Positions 1-9,598 of a stretch of 64,000 nt of DNA are shown one piece after another (positions within the stretch are counted from its first letter, which is position 1; each line of letters starts with the position of its first letter). The stretch covers positions 1,824,001 through 1,888,000 of the forward strand of contig JASGJH010000001.1 in the NCBI GenBank assembly GCA_047601445.1, in the 5' to 3' direction. The notes below the pieces were generated by a model, which searched no databases, was not told the DNA's origin, and saw only the letters and a program-made list of their open reading frames with translations. Origin of the DNA: Myxococcales bacterium. Its GTDB lineage: Bacteria; Myxococcota_A; Polyangia; Polyangiales; DASUME01. Both the position numbers and the translations under genes were made by a program.

Positions 1-2
1 CG

Positions 3-689
3 CCGCGGTCCGGTGAGTTCCAGCTGCGCGAGGGCCCGCTGTTCGCCAACGTGGTGCTGGGCGACGAAATTAACCGCGCGCCCGCCAAGACCCAGAGCGC
101 CTTGCTCGAGGCGATGCAGGAATCCCAGGTCACCATCGAGGGCGACACGCGTCCCCTCCCCCAGCCCTTCATCGTGCTGGCCACCCAAAACCCAGTGGAG
201 CAGGCGGGCACCTATCCGCTGCCGGAGGCGCAGATCGATCGCTTCCTGGTGCGCCTGTTGATCGGCTATCCCGACGCGAAGGACGAGCTCAATATCCTGC
301 TCCGCCACATGGACCCGGTGGCGTTGCCGGCCCGCGTGCTCGAGCCGGGTGAGATCCTGGCCATGCAGGAGCTCGTGCACGGTGTGCACGTGGAGAACGA
401 GGTACTCGAGTACGTGGTGCGCCTTTCGCAGTTCACGCGCCAGCACTCGCGCGTGTACCTGGGCGCCTCGCCGCGCGCTTCGCTGGCGCTCACGCAGGCA
501 GCCCGCGCGCGCGCGCTCGCCAGTGGGCGTCCATTCGTGATCCCGGACGATATCAAGGCCCTCGCGGTGCCGGTGCTCGCGCATCGTCTGGTGCTCACGC
601 CCGAGGCCGAGATGGAGGGCGTGGCCCGCGAGACCATCATCGAGAACGCGCTCGACCAGGTACCCCATCGCTGGGAAGCCGCGCGCTAA
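3..689 (+). CDS. MoxR-family AAA+ ATPase (5'-truncated by window edge)
   Basis: Frame is open from base 3 (PRSGEFQLREGPLFANVVLG). Motifs DEINRAPAKTQSALLEAM, ATQNPVEQAGTYPLPEAQIDRF, GASPRAS and VLAHRL are typical of MoxR. Confidence 0.93.
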   Translation, partial: PRSGEFQLREGPLFANVVLGDEINRAPAKTQSALLEAMQESQVTIEGDTRPLPQPFIVLATQNPVEQAGTYPLPEAQIDRFLVRLLIGYPDAKDELNILLRHMDPVALPARVLEPGEILAMQELVHGVHVENEVLEYVVRLSQFTRQHSRVYLGASPRASLALTQAARARALASGRPFVIPDDIKALAVPVLAHRLVLTPEAEMEGVARETIIENALDQVPHRWEAAR

Positions 690-2302
690 TGCTCCCCATC
701 CCCACGCCGCGGGCGATCGCGCTCTTCCTCGGGTGCATCGGCATGTGGACCGTGGGACTCGTGACGCGCTCCTGGGCCGCCACCGCGCTCGGCTCGGGGG
801 CCGTGATCCTGCTCGCTGCCGTCCTGGCGGCCACGATTCCGCTGGGGCGGCGCGTGCGCGCGCAGCGCCTCGAGTTTGCCTGGTGGCTGGCCCAGCGCGA
901 TGGCTTGAGCGGTGCCGTGGTGCCGCAGGTGCCCTTCCAGATCCGCTGCTACGTGCGACACCGCGGGACCACGCCCATCGAACTCACGCGGGTGGAGCCC
1001 ATCCTGGCGCCAAGCGCGCGTGTGCTCGACCTGAGCCCTGCGCACATCCACGTGTCCCCGCGGGCGCGCAACGAGTTCGCCTTCTCCATCATCGCCGCGG
1101 CGGCAGGACGCGTGGTGCTGCACGGATTGGCGGTGAACCTGCGCGGGCCACTGGGGCTGTTCGACGTACCGCTCTACTTTCCCAACGCGCTGGCGGTGAA
1201 GGTCTTGCCGCGTAGCGTGGCCCTGCGATCCACGGTGCGGCCGGCAATGACCGGACAACCCATCGATCGTCCCGGTCGGCATCGCATGCGACGTCGCGGC
1301 GGTGGCACCGATCTGCACGAGCTGCGTGAGTTGCAGCCAGGCGATCCCTTCAAGTCCATCGCCTGGAAGGCGAGCGCCAAGGCGGGTCAGCTGCTGGTGC
1401 GCGAGGTGGATCAGGAAGTGCAGCAGACGCTCTTGCTGGTGGCCGACGTGGCGGGCTCCATGCGCGGCGGACGGCTGGGGGAACGTAAGCTCGACTTCGC
1501 GCTCGAGCTGTGCGTGGCTCAGGCCCGAGCCTGGTTGGATCGCGGTGATCGCGTGGGCCTCATCACGGTGGACGGACGCGTGCTCGGGCACGTACCCCCC
1601 GGCGAAGGCCCCGCGCAACTCATCCGCCTCTACGACGCGTTGCTCGCCACCACCGAGGTGGTCGACTCCGACCTGACGGCGCTCGACGATCGCGCGGTCA
1701 TCGAACTGGTGGCCCGCTACGTTCGGCACCAGGACGGCCTCGACTTCGGTCATGGTCGGGGTGGCTGGGACGTGAGCTCGCTGGTGCAGCACGTGAAGGG
1801 CGCGCTGCCGGCCGCGCGCTCCGGCGAGGCTCCGCAAGCCGCCACCCAGGCCGGCGTCGAGCTACGCCGATTTTGCCGGGAACGCGGGCTGTCCTTGGCG
1901 CATCGGGCCACGCCCGCGGGAGGCGACAAGGCCGAGGGCTTGAGCGCTGCCCTGCGCTTGGCGGGCGGCCATACGCGTGTGCCCCAGACCATCGTGTTGA
2001 TCACCGACCTCGACGGACTCGTGGACTACGACGGGTTGCGTGCCGCAGCACGCTTGCTGTCGCGGCGCGGTCATTCGCTGAGCCTGCTGGTCCCCGACGC
2101 CCAAGCCCTGGCTCAGCCAGACATCCATGCAGATGCGGAACCTGAGCTGCGTGTGATCTACGGGCGGGCCGAGCAGCGTCGACTGCGCGAAGCCACCCAG
2201 CGCTTCCTCAAGCTCGGCGTGGGGGTGCAAGTGGTCAAGCCAGGCCAACCCACCCGGACGGCCGAGCCGAAGCGGTTTACGAGAGCGACGAGGAGTGCGT
2301 GA
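689..2302 (+). CDS. DUF58 domain protein (MoxR partner, vWA-like) with N-terminal TM helices
   Basis: ELRELQPGDPFKSIAWKASAKAGQLLVRE...DVAGSM motif; TAATG overlap with the moxR stop. Confidence 0.85.
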   Translation: MLPIPTPRAIALFLGCIGMWTVGLVTRSWAATALGSGAVILLAAVLAATIPLGRRVRAQRLEFAWWLAQRDGLSGAVVPQVPFQIRCYVRHRGTTPIELTRVEPILAPSARVLDLSPAHIHVSPRARNEFAFSIIAAAAGRVVLHGLAVNLRGPLGLFDVPLYFPNALAVKVLPRSVALRSTVRPAMTGQPIDRPGRHRMRRRGGGTDLHELRELQPGDPFKSIAWKASAKAGQLLVREVDQEVQQTLLLVADVAGSMRGGRLGERKLDFALELCVAQARAWLDRGDRVGLITVDGRVLGHVPPGEGPAQLIRLYDALLATTEVVDSDLTALDDRAVIELVARYVRHQDGLDFGHGRGGWDVSSLVQHVKGALPAARSGEAPQAATQAGVELRRFCRERGLSLAHRATPAGGDKAEGLSAALRLAGGHTRVPQTIVLITDLDGLVDYDGLRAAARLLSRRGHSLSLLVPDAQALAQPDIHADAEPELRVIYGRAEQRRLREATQRFLKLGVGVQVVKPGQPTRTAEPKRFTRATRSA

Positions 2303-3153
2303 GCGAAGTACCAGAGTGGGAAGACCCCCGGCGCGTCTTGGCGCGCCACGGACTGGCCCCCAAGCGCGGCTTTTCCCAGAATTTCCTGACAGCGCGCAGC
2401 GTCGTGGAGCGCATCGTGGACGCGCTGGCGTTGCGCCCGGGCGAGCCGGTGGTGGAGCTCGGTCCTGGCCTGGGCACGCTGACCGCGGCCCTGCTGCGTG
2501 CGGGCGCACAGGTCACCGCGGTGGACATGGACCACGACATGCTGCGCGTGCTCGGACAGGAGCTCGGCCACGTGGCGGGCTTTCGCGTACTCGAAGGGGA
2601 CGCCACCCAAGTGAACCTGGCGGAGCTCGCGGGAGGCGGCAGCATCGCGGTGGCGGGCAATCTCCCGTACGCCGTGACGGGCGGCATCTTTAGGCGTCTG
2701 GTGAGCCAGTATCGCCATGTAGACCGAGCCGTGCTGATGGTGCAGCGGGAGGTGCGCGACCGCCTCTTGGCCGAAGCTGGCACCAAGGCCTACGGAGCGC
2801 TCACGGTGTTCACGCGCGGCGTTTTCGAGGCGCGTTCGGTGTGCATCGTGCCGGGGGGCGCCTTCCACCCGCCCCCCAAGGTCGAGAGCGCGGTGGTGGC
2901 GCTGGCTCCGCGCAAGCGTGTGATTGACGTGGAGCGTCGGGGCTTCGAGCGCAGTGTGCGCGCGTCCTTCGAGGCCCGCCGCAAGACCTTGCGCAACGCG
3001 CTCCAGCGGGCCTACCCGACCGAGCTGGTAGACGCCGCCCTGGAGCGCGCGAGCATCGATGGAAAGCGCCGAGGCGAGACCTTGTCGCCCGAGGAATTCG
3101 AACAACTCGGAGCCGCTTTCGACCTGCTGAGCGGGACGGCCCAGCCGAGCTAG
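2299..3153 (+). CDS. rsmA: 16S rRNA adenine dimethyltransferase RsmA/KsgA
   Basis: PKRGFSQNFL, VELGPGLGTLT, GNLPY, MVQREV, FHPPPKVESAVV, RRKTLRNAL; GTGA overlap with the upstream gene. Confidence 0.96.
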   Translation: MSEVPEWEDPRRVLARHGLAPKRGFSQNFLTARSVVERIVDALALRPGEPVVELGPGLGTLTAALLRAGAQVTAVDMDHDMLRVLGQELGHVAGFRVLEGDATQVNLAELAGGGSIAVAGNLPYAVTGGIFRRLVSQYRHVDRAVLMVQREVRDRLLAEAGTKAYGALTVFTRGVFEARSVCIVPGGAFHPPPKVESAVVALAPRKRVIDVERRGFERSVRASFEARRKTLRNALQRAYPTELVDAALERASIDGKRRGETLSPEEFEQLGAAFDLLSGTAQPS

Positions 3154-3162
3154 CTGGGGCTC

Positions 3163-3200
3163 GCCGACACACCCCCCACCTTTCCTCGGTGGGCGTCGGC
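3163..3200. terminator. GC-rich hairpin between convergent genes (possible bidirectional terminator)
   Basis: GCCGAC(3163-68)/GTCGGC(3195-3200) and CCCACC(3175-80)/GGTGGG(3188-93); no long U-tract. Confidence 0.4.
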
Positions 3201-3206
3201 CGCTCG

Positions 3207-3707
3207 TCAGTCTTGCTTGGGGCCGGAGAGCGCCGACAGCGCCGCGGCAGCCGAGCCGAGGTCTCGGGCTATGTCGGGGCGCAGCGCTTTGGCTTCCCCG
3301 AGCGCGCTCTCGAGGGCCTCTCGTGCGCGCACGAGATCGGCCTGGAGCACCTCGCGCGCCGACATTTCGCTGGGGCGCAGGTGGTCGCCGATCAGGCGGA
3401 GGGCCAGGGCGGCCTCGGGGGCCAAGTTGGGATCGCGACCGCAGGCCAGCGCCGCGAGGGCGGGGATTAACTGTTCGGGTGCAGCGGCAAACGGGGCCGC
3501 GCGCGCCGCCAGCAAAGCTCGTTCGCGGGGGGCGTCGGGCACCAGCGCCGCGCCCAAGCTCGCATCTCCAGCCTCGTCGGCCAGGCGCGCGAGGCCGGTG
3601 TCGTGGATACCGTCACTCTCACGGAAGGGGTCCGTGTTCCCGGCGCCAGCGCTGGCTGCCACGGTGCTGGCACAGAAGGCGACCAGGAATGTGCGATAGC
3701 CACGCAT
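3207..3707 (-). CDS. Exported hypothetical alpha-helical protein (HEAT-like)
   Basis: ATG at 3707 with GGAG SD; signal peptide MRGYRTFLVAFCASTVAASAGA; Ala/Leu-rich helical body. Confidence 0.65.
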   Translation of the reverse strand: MRGYRTFLVAFCASTVAASAGAGNTDPFRESDGIHDTGLARLADEAGDASLGAALVPDAPRERALLAARAAPFAAAPEQLIPALAALACGRDPNLAPEAALALRLIGDHLRPSEMSAREVLQADLVRAREALESALGEAKALRPDIARDLGSAAAALSALSGPKQD

Positions 3708-3847
3708 GTGGGGCTCCAGTCTGCCGGTGCGCCGGCTATCGCGCCAGTCTGCGGAGTCGCGCAGATCGGTTGATTTGCGCAGGCTTAGGCGATAGTTACA
3801 GCGGTTGTGTCGGCCCACGTTGCCGACCCCCAAGAAAGCCGAGAAAC

Positions 3848-4714
3848 ATGGCCCTCCGCGTTGTGCGCGCCGTCCTCTCCACGCTCAGCCTCGCTCGTAC
3901 GCCGTACCTCGCCGCGCTCGCGGCGACGGTCTCGCTGTCCGCCGCGCTCCCGAACCCGGCCGCAGCCAAGAAAAAGGCGTCTCCACCGCCGGCCGAGGAG
4001 CCCGCGGGACTCTCCATCGAGGAGATCTCCGTGATGCTCTCGTCGTCCAATGCGGACGAAGTGAAGATGGCCATCGAGTCCAGCGCGATGCTCGGGAGTC
4101 CCGACGTGGCGGCGTTGCTCGGCGAGCGCATCAGGGCCGGCTTGCCACCCGATCTGCTGAACTCCGCCCTCGATGCGTTGAGTCTCCTGAATCAACCGAG
4201 CTCGAGCGAGCTGTTCGTCAGCCTCACACGCCACCGCCGGCCGAGCGTGCGCGTGCGCAGCGTGCAAGCTCTGGTGGCGCTCCACAGCAAGGACGCGGAG
4301 CCCGCGCTGGTCGCGGCGCTCGGAGACTCCGCCCCGGAAGTGCGCGAAGCGGCGGCGGAAGGACTCGGTCACCTGGGCTCCACCGGCAGCACCGACGTGC
4401 TCTTTCAGGCGTTCGATCGCGGCGTGGTGAGCGCCGGGCGCGCTATCGGCAAGCTGGTGAGCGACAACCAAGTGCCGCGCGTGCTGGAGTTCATCGGACG
4501 CGCCCCGCTCAGCAGCCTAACTCCGGTGTTCGATTCGCTGCTCACGCGACGCGACATCTCCGAAGCCACCAAACTCACGATCGTGAACAGCATCGCGGAG
4601 CTCGGCACCGCCGAGGCACGCGGTTACCTCGAAGGTCTCTCTCAAAAATTGCCCGACGCTCCGCCGCGCGTCCGTAAGACCATCGACGACGCAGTGATGA
4701 GGATCGCCAAGTGA
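3848..4714 (+). CDS. Exported HEAT-repeat protein
   Basis: Signal-like N-terminus ending PAAA; repeats such as HRRPSVRVRSVQAL and LGDSAPEVREAAAEGLGHLG. Confidence 0.82.
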   Translation: MALRVVRAVLSTLSLARTPYLAALAATVSLSAALPNPAAAKKKASPPPAEEPAGLSIEEISVMLSSSNADEVKMAIESSAMLGSPDVAALLGERIRAGLPPDLLNSALDALSLLNQPSSSELFVSLTRHRRPSVRVRSVQALVALHSKDAEPALVAALGDSAPEVREAAAEGLGHLGSTGSTDVLFQAFDRGVVSAGRAIGKLVSDNQVPRVLEFIGRAPLSSLTPVFDSLLTRRDISEATKLTIVNSIAELGTAEARGYLEGLSQKLPDAPPRVRKTIDDAVMRIAK

Positions 4715-6856
4715 AACCCATCTTCTCATCCCTCTCGCTCCGCTCCGTTTCGCGCCTTCTCGTGGTCGCGCTGCTAGCGCTGTCTGCCTGCGCGGGCCGC
4801 GACTCCTTCGGCTCCACCTTCCCGGTGAACCATGGCGACGACCTCGAGAAGGCTCTGACCCAGGCCAAGGCAGCCGAATACCGCCCCAACCCGCAGGTCG
4901 TGGTCGGCGTCCTCGAGAATCCGCGCAGCGTGTTCGCCTACGACCTGAGCGCGCAGCGACTCTTGTTCAAGGTGCCCGCCAACGTGAGCGGAGTCCCGCT
5001 GCCGGCTGGTCCGTTCGTGGTGGTGCCCGAAGGCGGAAACGTCAACGTGCGGTTGCTGTCGTCCGGCAAGAGCATCCTCGAGATTCCCGGGGAAGGAATG
5101 CACCTGGTGGGAGCGGCCAGCGACGGCACGGTCACCGCCATCGCGCTCTCGACCGGCGGCTCCATGGGAGCGCGTTCCAAGCTGATCACGATGCAAGGCG
5201 AGCACGTCTGGGGCACGCGGGAGATTCCGCGCCAGGTCGGAGGTCCCGCGGTGCTCGGAGGCATCATCTTCGTGCCCAACAACCGGGTAAACCTCTCGGT
5301 GGCGGACTCCCACGGCAACGAGCTGGCCCGCGTGCAGGTGCGCGAAGACGTGGCCAGCCAGGCGCTCGCCTTCGACAACAACGTGTACTTCGGCCTGCTC
5401 GGCATGTACCTGGTCGACGACGAGACCAAGAAGGGCGCGAGCGGCGGAGCCCATTACTTCCGGCTCAACCTGCGCGAGCGGCTACCCGGGCAACCCGCCT
5501 TCCTCCCCAACACCGCCGATCCACCCCCTGCCCTCAACAGCGCAGTGCATCGCGTGAGTCTCAGCTTCTTGCCCGAGGCGCGCGCCGGCTCGGTCGCACT
5601 GCTCGACAACGCCCTCTACCTGGCCTTTTATCGCCAGATTTACTCCATCGATCCGAGCAGCTCGGGGGCCCACTGGGTCCACCAGACCAACAGTGACGTC
5701 GTGGGCCAGCGCTCGGTGCCGAACGGCGTGATCGCAGTGGAGGAGAACGGAAAGGTCAGCGCGCTGGACGGTACCGGAACCATCCAGTGGAGCGGGGACA
5801 TGGGCGTGCAGCCGGTGGTGGCGCGGATCCAAGCCACGGACCTGCCACGGGGTGCCGTGGGCGAGCCCCCCGCTCCGCTGACGATGCAGCTGGTGGACGC
5901 TGCTCTCAACGCCGACTCGCGGCTGGTCCCGGCGCGCGCGATGGCTGTCTCCATGCTGGCCGGGCTCCAAGACGAAGACGCCACCTCGGCCTTGATCGAA
6001 ATCTGCCAGGAACGCTCCACGCCCGAGCGTGTGCGCAAGGTTGCCTGTGTGGAGCTGGCCAAGCGCACCAACGGGTCCGCCGCCATCGCGAGCGCCCTCG
6101 ATCGCCACGCCAACTACCTGACCCAGACCAAGGCGCCGCCGGTGGGCCCCCTGGCCGAGGCGGCCATGCGCAGCGGCGATGCCCAGGTGGTGCCCTATCT
6201 GCTCGCCCATTTGTCGGACCCGCAGACCCCGGTCGACGAGCTCCCGGCACTCATGCTCGCGCTCAAGCAGCTGGCCCCGGAAGGCGCCGCTCCGCAGATC
6301 GCCGACTTCTTGCGCCTCTATCACGCCGATGCCGACGAGCCTCGGATGACGGAGGCGCTGCTGATCGCCATCGAGATCCTCAAGAAGGTGCAGGGCACGG
6401 CCGCCCAGGGCGTGCTCGAACCCATCTCAAATGACTCCATGGCGTCGGACGCGGTGCGTGCAGCGGCCGCCCAGGCACTCGCTCAACTCGCTCCCAAGGA
6501 AGCCGACGAAGGCGACGGCGCGGGGGCCAAGCCCAGCCCCAAGCCCAGCGACGAGAGCGCGGAAGAGACCTCCGAAGAGGTCGAGCAGGGCCCCCCGGAG
6601 CACCGCAACGCCGGACACGTGGAGCAGGCGCTGAGACCTGTGGCCGCCAAGCTCAGCGAGTGCGTGCGCAACCATCCCAAGCGCCCCAACAGCGCACGGC
6701 TCACCATCGTGCTCGCAGGAAGCGGCGACGTGCTCGCGGTGGAAACCCTGCCCACCGACCTCAAGGCCTGCATGCAGCCTCAGAATCCTCAGCGTGCCGT
6801 TCCCGGGCAACAAGTATGGAACGCGCGAGACCCTCAGCGTGACCATCCCGCGCTGA
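4711..6856 (+). CDS. Large lipoprotein: beta-propeller (PQQ/BamB-like) + HEAT repeats + AgmX/PglI-like C-terminal domain; +1 frameshift near 6784
   Basis: Lipobox LSAC; beta-rich N-half and helical C-half. The +1 frame from 6785 reads ILSVPFPGNKYGTRETLSVTIPR* (TGA 6854-56), ending 5 bp before the convergent gene. The annotated frame instead runs ~400 bp antisense into that gene. Confidence 0.75.
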
Positions 6857-6861
6857 GGGAA

Positions 6862-7572
6862 TCAGTCGTAGCGCTCCGAGTGAATGCTCGTGCGCGCATA
6901 GCCGAGCCCCTGCTTGCACACGCTGCGCACCTCCGAAACCATTCGGTTGAGCCCGCAGATGAACACGTGGGGCTTGCCGAGCGCGCTCGCCAGCTCGGGC
7001 ACGTGCTGCTGAACGTAGCCACGACGTCCGGTCCAGTCAGGACCAGGGCGCGACAGGGTGACCTCGAGAGTGATCTCGCCCGCGCGCGCGAGCTCCTCGA
7101 GCTCCGGCCGCCACAGGATGTCGGCTTCGCTCCGGCAACCAAACAGCACGGTCACCGGTGGGCGCGTAGCTGCTCGGGCTCGCTCGGCCCGCAGCATGCT
7201 TCGAAACGGCGCGAGCCCCGTACCTGTGGCCACCAGCAGCGCGGGTTCGTTCGCTAGCTCGCCGCTGCGCGTGAAGAAGCCGTGGGGACCGTCGATAGTC
7301 ACCTCGGCGCCGACCTCGGCGCGGTGCAGCACGGGCGAGAGCAACCCCTCGGGAACCAGCGTGACGGCCAGTTCGACCAGGCCATCATCGGGAGCGCTGG
7401 CAATGGAGTAGGCGCGCTTGTCGAGGCCGTTGGAGGTGGGTGCTTCGAGATTGATCCATTGACCTGCTTCGAAGTGCAGTGGCTCCCCGTGCAGCTCCAG
7501 CGCGATCCCCCTGACGGAGGGCGAGAGCTGGTCCAGCCGGGCTATTTGAGCCTTTCTACGCGAAACCGCCAT
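6862..7572 (-). CDS. Ferredoxin-NADP reductase-like FAD/NAD(P)H oxidoreductase
   Basis: FEAGQW, RAYSIAS, GPHGFF, ATGTGLAPFRSM, FGCRSEADIL, GYVQ, FICG, C-terminal ERYD. Confidence 0.9.
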   Translation of the reverse strand: MAVSRRKAQIARLDQLSPSVRGIALELHGEPLHFEAGQWINLEAPTSNGLDKRAYSIASAPDDGLVELAVTLVPEGLLSPVLHRAEVGAEVTIDGPHGFFTRSGELANEPALLVATGTGLAPFRSMLRAERARAATRPPVTVLFGCRSEADILWRPELEELARAGEITLEVTLSRPGPDWTGRRGYVQQHVPELASALGKPHVFICGLNRMVSEVRSVCKQGLGYARTSIHSERYD

Positions 7573-7631
7573 GACCGTTGCACTATGGCGGAGCACCGTG
7601 CGCGGGTCGAGCCTGGGGTATGCTGGGCGTC

Positions 7632-9587
7632 GTGCCACGGACGGTCATCGAGGCGCGCGAATCCGCGCGCGAACAGCAAACGCCGCGCGGGAATGCGCGT
7701 GCACAACACTGGGTTCGTGGGCGGATGCAGATGGTCTTCGACTGGGTGCTGATCGCGGCGATGTGTTGGCTGAGCGGCGGCTGCCCGCAGCCCAAGCACG
7801 TCTCCACGCTACCGTCCCTCGAGACGGTGACGAGTCCGAACCCCAAAGCCGAAGGCGACTTCCGCGCCGCCCAAGCCGCCCGCAAGGAAGGGCGCACGGA
7901 CGAAGCCGAGCGGCGCTTCAAGGCGTTCATGGAGGCTTGGCCGCAGGACCCGCTCGAGCCGCTGGCCCGCCTCGAGCTGGGTCGCCTGGCCCTCGACGCC
8001 GGGCGCAACGCCGATGCGCGCCTGTGGTTCGACGGGGTGGCCCGCACCCAGGATCCGGTGCTCGCGGAGCGCGGCCGCATGTACACGGCAGTAGCCGCCC
8101 AGCGCTCGGGGGACAACCAGCACGCACTGAGCGTGCTCAAGCCCCTGCTGGGACGCACCGTCGATCCGGAGGAGACCAGCCTGGTGCTGGACACCCTCGG
8201 CGCGGCCGAAGAGGCCGTCGGCGATCGCCTCGCGGCGCTCGGCACCCGCGACCGCGAGCTCGCAGGTCAGCTCGGCGAAGCCAAGCGCACGGAGGTCGAG
8301 GCCGTGATGCGCGAGCTGGTGCAGAAGCTCGATCCGACCGTCGAGTTACCCCAGGCCTACGATCAACTTCCCCGCGATGGCCACGCCTGGCCGGAGGTGG
8401 CGCGTCTGTCGTTGCGCGTCAGTCACGACCGCGGTGACCGCGAGCGCGTCTCCAAGATCGCCGATGATTTGAGCGCCGAAGGCATCGCCCTCGACGAAAC
8501 GTTGGCCGCCCTGGTCCTGCGAGCCGAGCGCCCGAGCGATGCCGACCCGGGCGTGATCGGCGCGATTCTGCCGCTCAGCGGGCGCGGGCGTGAGGTCGGC
8601 GAGTCAGCGCTGCAGGGGTTGCTCTACGCTTCGGGCCTCGAGAGCTCGGGCAAACCTCGACCTCGTCTGGTCTATCGCGACGACGCCGGGGACCCGGCGC
8701 GTGCGGTGGCGGCGCTCGAAGATCTCGTGAGCGTACACCGCGTGATCGCAGTGATCGGGCCCCTCAACGCGGGTCCCGCCCAGGCTGTGGCCGAACGTGC
8801 CGAAGAGCTCGCCGTGCCGGTGCTCGCCCTCAACCCGGATCCGGGCCTCGCCGAGCGCTCCGACACGGTGTATCGCCTGCTGCCCGACCCGCGCGAGGAG
8901 GCCAGCTTGCTCGTTCAGGAGGCGCGGCGCGCTGGGCGCAGCCGGCTCGCCCTACTCTACCCCGAGAGCAATTTCGGACAGGCCATGCGCCAGGCGTTCG
9001 AGAAAGCCGTGTCAAGCGGTCAGGCGTCGCTCTCTGCGATCGCGTACCCGCCCACCACGACCAACTTCATGCACGAGGCCGAGCAGCTGGAAAAGCTCGA
9101 CGTCGACGCGGTCATCATGGCCGATGGCCCCGCCCGCGTGGCGCTCATCGCACCCGCGCTCGCTGCGGCAGGGCTGTGGTCGGTGGCGCCCGGCAGCAAG
9201 CCCCCAGAAGGCAAGGCCGTGCTCTACCTGGTGCCTGCGGCTGGCTTCGACCCCAGCCTCGCGCGCAGCTCACGTCGCTACCTCCAGGGGGCCCTGTTCG
9301 CTGTCCCCTTCGACGCCAACACCGCGCCGGCCTTCAGCGAGGGCTATCGCGCCCGCTTCTCCGTAGAGCCGAACCTGTTCTCGGCCGCGGCGCACGACGC
9401 CTATCGCATCGTCGAGAGCGGCCTGGCCAGCGGTGCCATGACCCGCAGCGAACTCACGAGCGCGCTCGCCAAAGCCCAGGCGCCGGGGAATGCCACGGCG
9501 GTCGACGGCTTCGCTCCAGGTCGCGGCCCGCGCGTGCCCGCGCGTATCGAGACCCTACTCGGCGAAACCTTCGTGCCTGCGAACTAG
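7632..9587 (+). CDS. LpoA/LppC-like lipoprotein: TPR region + periplasmic binding-protein domain
   Basis: Hydrophobic signal ending LSGGC, TPR-like helices, then IGAILPLSGRG...VIGPL...LYPESNFG typical of PBP-activator/branched-chain SBP folds. Start uncertain (GTG 7632 or ATG 7725). Confidence 0.75.
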   Translation: MPRTVIEARESAREQQTPRGNARAQHWVRGRMQMVFDWVLIAAMCWLSGGCPQPKHVSTLPSLETVTSPNPKAEGDFRAAQAARKEGRTDEAERRFKAFMEAWPQDPLEPLARLELGRLALDAGRNADARLWFDGVARTQDPVLAERGRMYTAVAAQRSGDNQHALSVLKPLLGRTVDPEETSLVLDTLGAAEEAVGDRLAALGTRDRELAGQLGEAKRTEVEAVMRELVQKLDPTVELPQAYDQLPRDGHAWPEVARLSLRVSHDRGDRERVSKIADDLSAEGIALDETLAALVLRAERPSDADPGVIGAILPLSGRGREVGESALQGLLYASGLESSGKPRPRLVYRDDAGDPARAVAALEDLVSVHRVIAVIGPLNAGPAQAVAERAEELAVPVLALNPDPGLAERSDTVYRLLPDPREEASLLVQEARRAGRSRLALLYPESNFGQAMRQAFEKAVSSGQASLSAIAYPPTTTNFMHEAEQLEKLDVDAVIMADGPARVALIAPALAAAGLWSVAPGSKPPEGKAVLYLVPAAGFDPSLARSSRRYLQGALFAVPFDANTAPAFSEGYRARFSVEPNLFSAAAHDAYRIVESGLASGAMTRSELTSALAKAQAPGNATAVDGFAPGRGPRVPARIETLLGETFVPAN

Positions 9588-9598
9588 GTTCGCTGCGC

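Noticed and set aside
6857..7257. C-terminal extension of the 848-aa ORF overlapping the oxidoreductase
   Set aside because: Better explained by the frameshift at ~6784; the real stop is at 6856.
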